A stretch of DNA of 64,000 nucleotides from Selaginella moellendorffii (lineage: Eukaryota > Plantae > Lycopodiophyta): positions 1,634,463 to 1,698,462 of the forward strand of contig NW_003314266.1 in assembly GCF_000143415.4 (NCBI RefSeq). Reading direction: 5' to 3'. Position 1 is the stretch's first letter. The number at the start of each line of letters is the position of its first letter. The notes under the pieces were generated by a model. It ran no database searches. It was not told where the DNA came from and was given only the letters and a program-made list of their open reading frames with translations. Shown here piece after piece: positions 56,923 through 64,000 of the stretch. Made by a program: the position numbers and the translations under genes.

Positions 56923-59900
56923 TGTTGGAATATTGAAAAGAAGTGATAACAGCCAAGACTCTACGTGACTTACGGTTACACACAACAGAGTGGTGGTGCG
57001 CATCTGATCCATGATGGTAAGCTCTTACAGGTATATATGCTTCTGGTTAGCAGAGGAAACTGTATCTTTTTCTACACTTCAATATAAATTCTCCAAGTTC
57101 TTCTATGGTATCGGAGCTAGTGATCCAAAGCAGATGTGTGTGATCCTGTTTGTACTCACACACTGTGACGATTGCTATCTTCTGATTCTATTTTTTTATT
57201 GACTCGCGTGACAGCGATTGTGGCCGCTGAAGATCTCAAGCTCAAGCAATCCATCTCCAAGCTATAAATGGACAACACCTTCATCTGGTTTCGAGAAGTG
57301 GAATTCAAGCTTTGCAGCAAGGATGGTGGGTTGCTCTAGGATATCATCAATGCAGATTTGAACAAGCCCTCCCCACCACCGGCTGAAGCAGCAGAGGGTG
57401 AGATCGACTCTCACAAGAAGGAACTGAAGGTTTTCAAAGTTCACGAGGCACGGGCAAAATCTTTGATCATGCCTGGCTGGACAAAGGTGATAAGGCAACA
57501 ATTGCTCGCACTGATTCTGTGGCGGAGGCTTGGGACCAGCTCAAGAAACTCTACCTTGAGAAGTCCTTCGTCAGCAAGGTTGGACTTCAGGGGAAGTTGA
57601 ACCAGGCCGAGCGTGAGCCACATGAGAGTGTGTCTCAGTTCCTTGAACGCCTCAAGCTTTATTCTTATCAGCTTGCAGGTATGGGCCACCCAGTACCCAC
57701 CGAAACTCTTGCCGAGGTAGCTCTTCTTGGACTGGGTGAGGAGTTTGACGTGGTCCGAAGCTGGAAGTTCACAAGAGACCTGCCAACATTCCCAGAAGCT
57801 GAAAAAGCTATTCGGGAGCGGGAGAGTGTCTTGGCCAGCCGCAAGGCCAACACGATGAAGAGGAAGAAGGAGTCAGGAGAGCCAAGTGCCTTCTTTGCCA
57901 ACAAACAATTCAATACTGGAACTGAGGTAATACTGGAGCGCCGCTGCTACAATTGTGGAGGAGTTGGACATCTTGCTCAAGACTTTTCAGCACCTGATCG
58001 TCGCCAGCAACGCCAAGCTCCTGCTCCATACAACCGAGGATGAGGCCGTGGTGGACGTGGACGAGGCCGTGGAGTACGTGACGAGGTCAATACCATGGAG
58101 CAGTTCGAGACTATCTTGAAGAACCTGCAGCAATACCAGTTCCAACAGCAAATCTCTCTACAGTTGATGTAACTAATCTTGAGATTAATGAAGCTGAAAA
58201 GGCTAGATATATAGGATCCAAGAAATAGTGAGGATAGGCCTCCTCTTCAAGAAAATATCCTCTTGGATTTCTTCAAGAGGAGGCCTATCCTCACTATTTC
58301 AACGTGTCAGCAAGTCTCACAAGTCATGGGCCTCTCCTTGATGATCACTGGTGGCTGGACTCAGGAGCCACACATCACATGACTCAACAAAGGGAACGGT
58401 TCAACTCGCTGCAACTGAGAGACTACAAAGCAACAGTTGGGACGGCTTCTAGATCCACTCTACAGATCAAAGGTGTCGGCACAACATTCATACCACGGCT
58501 AAAAACACATATTCAGAGAGTTTTATATGTTCCTAACTTAGCTAGAAGCCTACTTTCTGTGAGCAAACTCGCTGACTCTGGTTTTCACACTCACATTGAC
58601 AGTTTAAACGCCAGGATCACTCAAGGAGGATCGCTAGTTACACTCGCTAGAAGACAAGGGGACCTCTACTTCATACCTCATCAGGACACTCAAGAGGTGC
58701 AGTCGCTAGCATCTGAGGCAAATGTATCTCAAAATTTTGATATTTGGCATCAAAGATTAGGACATGCATGCTCTCGTAGGTGAAACTAATGTTGTCACTC
58801 GCTGATGGTATTCATATAAACTCAGAAGAGAGTGGTCTCTGCCATGGCTGTGCAATGGGAAAAATGACTAAGAGTAAGTGCTCAGTGCATAAGACGAGTA
58901 GACCTCTGGAATTGGTACACCTGGATGTATCTTTTGGAATGAAAACAAAAACACTTGGTGGTGCTCAGTGCTTTCTCCATATTGTGGATGATTACTCTAG
59001 AAAAGTATGGGCCAAAAGCAAAGATGAGGTCCTTGCAGCTTTTCATGAGAAAGTTGAAGCTGAGCTTAGTGTCCAGCTTAAAATGATTAGGGGAAGTGAA
59101 CTTATCAATGAAAAGTTTAATGATTATATTAGTGATAAAGGAATATCCCATCAAAGGTCTGTACCATATGAACATGGCCAAAATGGAACCGCTGAAAGAA
59201 AAATGAGAACTTTAAAAGATTCTGCTCACTGCATGATGCAAGCAATGCCACCAAAGTTCTGGGGCGAAGCTATTAAAACAGCTGCTTAAACCTCGTCAAG
59301 GTAGGACACAATCTCCTCCTTCAAAACATGCTTCCAACAAAAGCATTAAATGGTTGTACGCCATTCCAGCTATGGACAGGATCCAAACCTCAAGTCCAAC
59401 ACTTACGAGTGTTTGAAACCCTGGATATTCCTTCATACATAAAGATGAGCAAGACTCTAAGTTTGCAAGTCAGGCAGAGCAATGTGTGTTCCTTGGATAT
59501 GAGGATGAGACCAAAGACGGTTACAGGGTCTGGATCCCTACAAGACAAAATGTCTTTATTCGAAGAACTGTTAAGCTGGACGAGAAAGCTCTCCCAAAGA
59601 TAGGAACATACCAAGAGCCTTTTGAAGAGGGAAAAGAGCATTCTATTGAGAATATCCAGCTTGTCTTTTCCTCAGACGAGGATGATGATTCTGATAATGA
59701 GAACAGTGAAAATTCAGTACTACCTCCGGGAATAGAAATTCCACTAGGAAATCAAAACGCTGCTGTGCCTGTGTTTCCAGAGCCAAACCAGAATGATCAA
59801 GTAGTGCTAGGAAATGAAAATGAACTACCAAGACAAGAGTTTCAACTACGTCGTTCAGCTCGGCGATGGAAACCGAATGATAGATATCTAAAACAATATG

Positions 59901-61638
59901 AAGCCAATACAATGACAGTAACTGGAGAACCAAACTCATTAGACGAAACACTCCAGTCTTCACATGCTGACAGATGGATAGCTGGTATGGTTGATGAGTT
60001 TAGATCCTTGCTGGCAACACAGACGTTTGTTCTTGTGCCTCAACCCAAGCATCAAAGGGTGATTCCGGTCCGCTGGGTTTATAAATTAAAATATAACGCT
60101 GATGGATCCATCTCTCGTTTTAAAGCACGTTTAGTAACTCAAGGCTTTCATCAAACACATGGTGTTGATTATTTTGAGATCTTCTCTCCAGTTGAGAATT
60201 GTCATTGCACTGGCTTGTGCATGGAACTTAGAACTTCATGCAATGGATGTGAAAAATGCATTTCTCCATGGGAAACTAGAGGAAGAGATTTATGTTGAGC
60301 AACTGCCGGGTTTTGAGGAGAATGGGCCTGAGGACCTTGTATGTTTCCTTAGTAAAGCTATGTATGGACTGAAACAATCACCAAGAACCTGGTACAACAC
60401 ACTCCATGAGTTTTTTACCTCACTAGACTTTGTAAGATCAACAGCAGACTGGAACGTATATGTTAACAGAGGCTAATAATCTGCTTGCTATTGTAGCAGT
60501 ATATGTTGATGACCTGGTGCTAGCTGCGCACTCATCTCTTCTTAAGGCTTTAAAAGCAAAACTCACTAGCCGCTTTAACATGACAGACTTGGGAGAGATG
60601 AGTTTTTGCCTTGGATTACAAATTAAACGTAACAGAGAATTCAAGGAGATATTTTTACATCAACAAAAATATACTACAAAACTTGTGCAAGAATATAATA
60701 AGTATCTTCACAATTCTCAATGAGTAAGCACTCCAGCTGGAACTTCACTTGCTCAACGTTTGTCTAAGACAATGTCTCCGAGTTCAAACAAAGAGAGAGA
60801 AGAAATGAAACAATTTCCTTTTCGAAGGTTAGTGGGCAATCTGCTCTACCTTGCCACAGTAAGCAGGCCAGATATATCCAATGCTGTTATCTCAGTGAGC
60901 CAGTATATTCAAGATCCTGGTTTACGGCACTGGTATGCAGCTCTTCGTATAGTGAAATACTTGGTAGATACAACAGAGCTGGGAATTAAATATTCTGGCC
61001 ATGAAAAGAAACTTGTTGGTTTAGTCGGCTGCACAGATGCTGATTATATTGGGGATATTGAATGATCGTAGATCAACAGGCTGGTGTTTTAGGATTGCCA
61101 GGGGAGTAGTAACATGGAGCAGCAAGAAACAAAAAATGGTAGCTCAATCTACTTGTGAAGCAGAATATATGGCCTTGGCATCCGCTACAAAAGAAGCTCT
61201 TTGGCTTAGGAAACTCTTGTTTGATATTGGAACTACACAACCTGAAGCTACAGTAATATTTTGTGATAATAGTTCTGCAATTCATGTGGCTCATAATCCA
61301 GTAGGTTGCAGATCAAACCTGTTCATATTTGCAGTGACAACATGATTGCTGATGTGTTCACAAAACCTTTGGAGAAGTGAAACTTTGTGAGGTTACATGG
61401 GATGCTTGGTATGGTGCAGGACGAAGCAAAATAATATAAAAAAAAAAGAAAAGAAAAGAAAAGGTGTGACGTCTCGGCTGAGAGGAGTGTTGGAATTTGA
61501 AAAGAAGTGATAACAGCCAAGACTCTACGTGACTTACGGTTACACACAGCGGAATGGTGGTGCGCATCTGATCCATGATTGCTTCTGGTTAGCGGAGGAA
61601 ACTGTATCTTTTTCTACACTTCAATATAAGTTCTTCTA
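56923..61638 (+). mobile_element. Full-length, decayed Ty1/copia LTR retrotransposon (4.7 kb)
   Basis: LTRs at 56923-57105 and 61488-61638; TSD GTCGC (56918-56922, 61639-61643); PBS TGGTATCGGAGC at 57106; PPT GCTGAGAGGAG before 61488. Gag zinc-knuckle remnant CYNCGGVGHLAQDF, PR WWLDSGATHHM, IN WHQRLGH / QNGTAERK, RT KARLV.QGF / MDVKNAFLHG / YVDDL, RNase H SSKKQ..VAQSTCEAEY; many stops and frameshifts. Confidence 0.96.
58163..58303. mobile_element. 141-bp hairpin-bearing insertion inside the Copia gag-pol junction
   Basis: Ends GTTGA...TCAAC; perfect 26-bp inverted repeat at 58222-58247 / 58275-58300. Removing it restores ...PTANLST|VSASLTSHG..WWLDSG. Confidence 0.6.
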
Positions 61639-62277
61639 GTCGCGCCGCCCTGTGACGTGCTCCCCTGCCCGGCAATGGCTTTGTCCTCCTCCTCCGTGCA
61701 TGGAGGAGGACATGGAGGAGTGGCTTCCTCCTCCATGCAAGGACGCCTTCTAGGCCTGCGCTCAGGGGACCTGCGCGAGCTATAGGCATCCATCCTGCTG
61801 CTATAAGGCTCCTTGCTGCTACCTGGCCCTGCCGCTACGCCTGTGCTTGGGATTCCTGCTGCTACGGCTCTCTGGAAGCTGAGTAGTCTTTCCTGAGCAG
61901 CTCCATAAACTAGGTGTTGCCAGACAGGAAAACTTTGGTCGAGGAGAAACCCTTCACGTCTAAACCAGTGGCTGCTTCTGCAAACAGCATAGCCGACGCT
62001 ACACACTCAGCATCATCCTGCTCGCCATGCACCTTGAGCCATTCGGGAATACCTGTGAGGAAACTAATAATCAGGAAGTAGAAACTAAACACTTTTAAAA
62101 TTACATGCTTTCCTTGGGTTGGCAAGGCTGCCTTGTGTTGCCCAAACAGTGTAATTACCCTCCAGCCCGGCACCTTGTCGTAGTTGTAGTGTGCAAACAA
62201 GACACCGAGGCGGAGACGGTTTTCCACCCAAGCGCCCAGCTCAGTTCCTCGAAGACGAGCATCGTTGAACACCTGGT
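61639..62277 (-). pseudogene. Rearranged partial duplicate of the gene at 62891-64000; its 3' tail continues at 56820-56922 beyond the Copia
   Basis: YQVFNDARLRGTELGAWVE..., IPEWLKVHGEQDDAECVASAMLF are near-identical to 63140-63538. They are followed by a copy of the N-terminal SSRMDA..RRSPERRP..MEE.AT part (permuted order). Confidence 0.8.
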
Positions 62278-62890
62278 ATCTGCGCAGCCCTGTCGCAGAA
62301 GAAGAGATCGCTCTGAATGGGGTTGAAGAACAAGGCAAGGCGGAGGTCAGATCGTCTGAGCACAAGATGCTACCAGCGTCACTATGTCTTGCGGCGCAAA
62401 GGTCGATTCAAGGAGCTCATCGAATTTACTACGCATATTCTCCCTCCAGGTATTTCGGAAGAGAGAAGCGAAGATATTTTCGGTTCGATTTTCTTTTTTT
62501 TCTTATTCGACTGGTGCAGGTAATGGAAAACATCGAGAGATGGATCAAAGAGTTCCCATGCGTAGCACGCTGAGCAGATTGATTCCTTTCGTCGGCAGCT
62601 TTTGCCTCTCATCCGAGCTTTCCATGAATACAATGAGTTAGAGATTCGTCATGTGATAAACATCGCACAGGTCTGCAAGAAAAAGCTCTTTTTTTTTCGC
62701 TACTAACAACCGAGAGGTGCAACGCGGTAGTCCTTACAGTCTGCTTTGTTTTTTGTTTTGGCATTTGTAAGTGGACACGAATTTTTCAGGCGTTGACGAG
62801 CTAAAAGATCAAAAGGATTGCAGAAGAGTCTTTTTCTTTAGACAAACCTTTATTCAACTTTATTGTCGATCTTGCAAGTGCAGCTAAAAT

Positions 62891-64000
62891 TTATTTGCGG
62901 CGCTCCAGAAAACTTCTAACGGCAGCTTTCCACGCAGGCACTGTAGATGGCACTCCAATCCCCCTCAGACACGCCCAGCCTTCCCCCTGATACGAGAAGC
63001 CTCGCCTCGATTCGTTGAAGCATTCTTCCTCGGCTTGAGAGCAGCTCTGGCTCGTTACGTGCCACACCCGGAATGGAACGTGACGAGGCCTGTCCACTGC
63101 CAAGCGCTGCACAAAAAGCTCCTGCAAACCAGCGTAGTCTTTCCTGAGCAGCTCCACAAACTTGGTGTTGCCAGACACGAAAACTTTGTTCAAGGAGCAG
63201 CCCTTCACGTCTAAACCAGTGGCTGCTTCTGCAAACAGCATAGCCGACGCTACACACTCAGCATCATCCTGCTCGCCATGGACCTTGAGCCATTCAGGAA
63301 TAATCTGCAAGTAAAAGAATAATCAGCCGGTACAAACCTTCCGAGTAAACACTTGTAAACATCACCTTCTTTCCTCGGGTTGGCAACGCTGCCTTGTGTC
63401 GCCCAAACAATGTGATCACCCTCCAGCCCGGTAAGTTGTCGTAATTGTGGTGTACGAACAAAACACCCAGGCCGAGACGCTTTTCCACCCATGCGCCCAG
63501 CTCAGTTCCTCGGAGACGGGCGTCGTTGAACACCTGGTAGGCAGCCTTGTCACAGTAGAAGAGGTCACTCTTCATTCCATCCTCGTCTAGAAGAGTGTCC
63601 TTCTCACGAGCTGGAAAGAAGCCATATTTCTTGGCTTCCACCTCATTGAGTCCGATCGCCGGGTGGATCTTGCCTGGAATGGGGGCCCAGCCGGCAATGG
63701 CTTCGTCCTCCACCTCCTCTGTGCATGGACGAGTGGCTTTCTCCTCCATGCAAGGACGCTTGCTGCCGCTAGGCCTGCGCTCAGGGGAGCGTGACCTCTT
63801 GGCATCCATCCTGCTGCTAGGCTCCCTGGGATCCATTCCATCGTTGTCCCTGCTGCTAGGCTCCTTGGTCCTGGGCCTGGGATCCATTCCATCGTCACTC
63901 CTGCTGTTAGTCCTGCGCCTGGGACTGCTGCTATGCCTATCGTCGTCCCTACGGCGCCTGCGGCTGGCCCTCCTGCGTGTGCTAGGATGGTCTGACTGCG
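62891..64000 (-). CDS. Lineage-specific protein with an RS/RD-rich N-terminus and a globular C-terminal domain; 5' end outside the window; intron 63365-63305
   Basis: Frame is open from the window edge (DHPSTRRRASRRRRRDDDRHSSSPRRR...MDP) to the donor AAG|GTGATG, then acceptor TTGCAG|ATT, ending SFLERRK* at 62891. Confidence 0.6.

Overview
Plant nuclear DNA with very short (~45-90 nt) GT-AG introns, tight gene packing and PPR genes built from 31-aa short repeats. This is most consistent with the lycophyte Selaginella (S. moellendorffii-like; inferred, and supported by a miRNA that matches my recollection of smo-miR1113). Bases 1-30 kb are gene-dense: plastid Mfd/TRCF helicase (5' end), FemAB-like/DUF482 GNAT, a miRNA hairpin, SAC3/GANP protein, three PLS/SS-type PPR genes without DYW, a UCP030365-like gene, VPS25, GME, an AlkB-family dioxygenase plus its decayed tandem copy, tRNA-Gly(GCC), an NPH3/NRL BTB gene, a GT61 glycosyltransferase and cytosolic pyruvate kinase. 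Bases 30-64 kb are repeat-rich: a pseudogenised E/K-rich Ulp1 (C48) protease gene and an inverted deleted copy, captured PPR and B-lectin fragments, an AIPP3-like BAH-TFIIS gene, Gypsy-like remnants, a full-length decayed Copia with TG...TA termini, and a duplicated lineage-specific gene. The main highlights are: (1) a ~500-bp TRIM whose LTR carries a 5S rRNA internal-promoter segment (Cassandra-type), inserted at a splice donor; (2) PPR genes whose N-terminal extensions may overlap neighbouring genes; (3) a gene with a prokaryote-like FGKHxG..L.DV...YL.W domain; (4) a ~410-bp PPR-derived inverted repeat flanking a rearranged gene copy. All translations and alignments were done by eye; no database searches were run.
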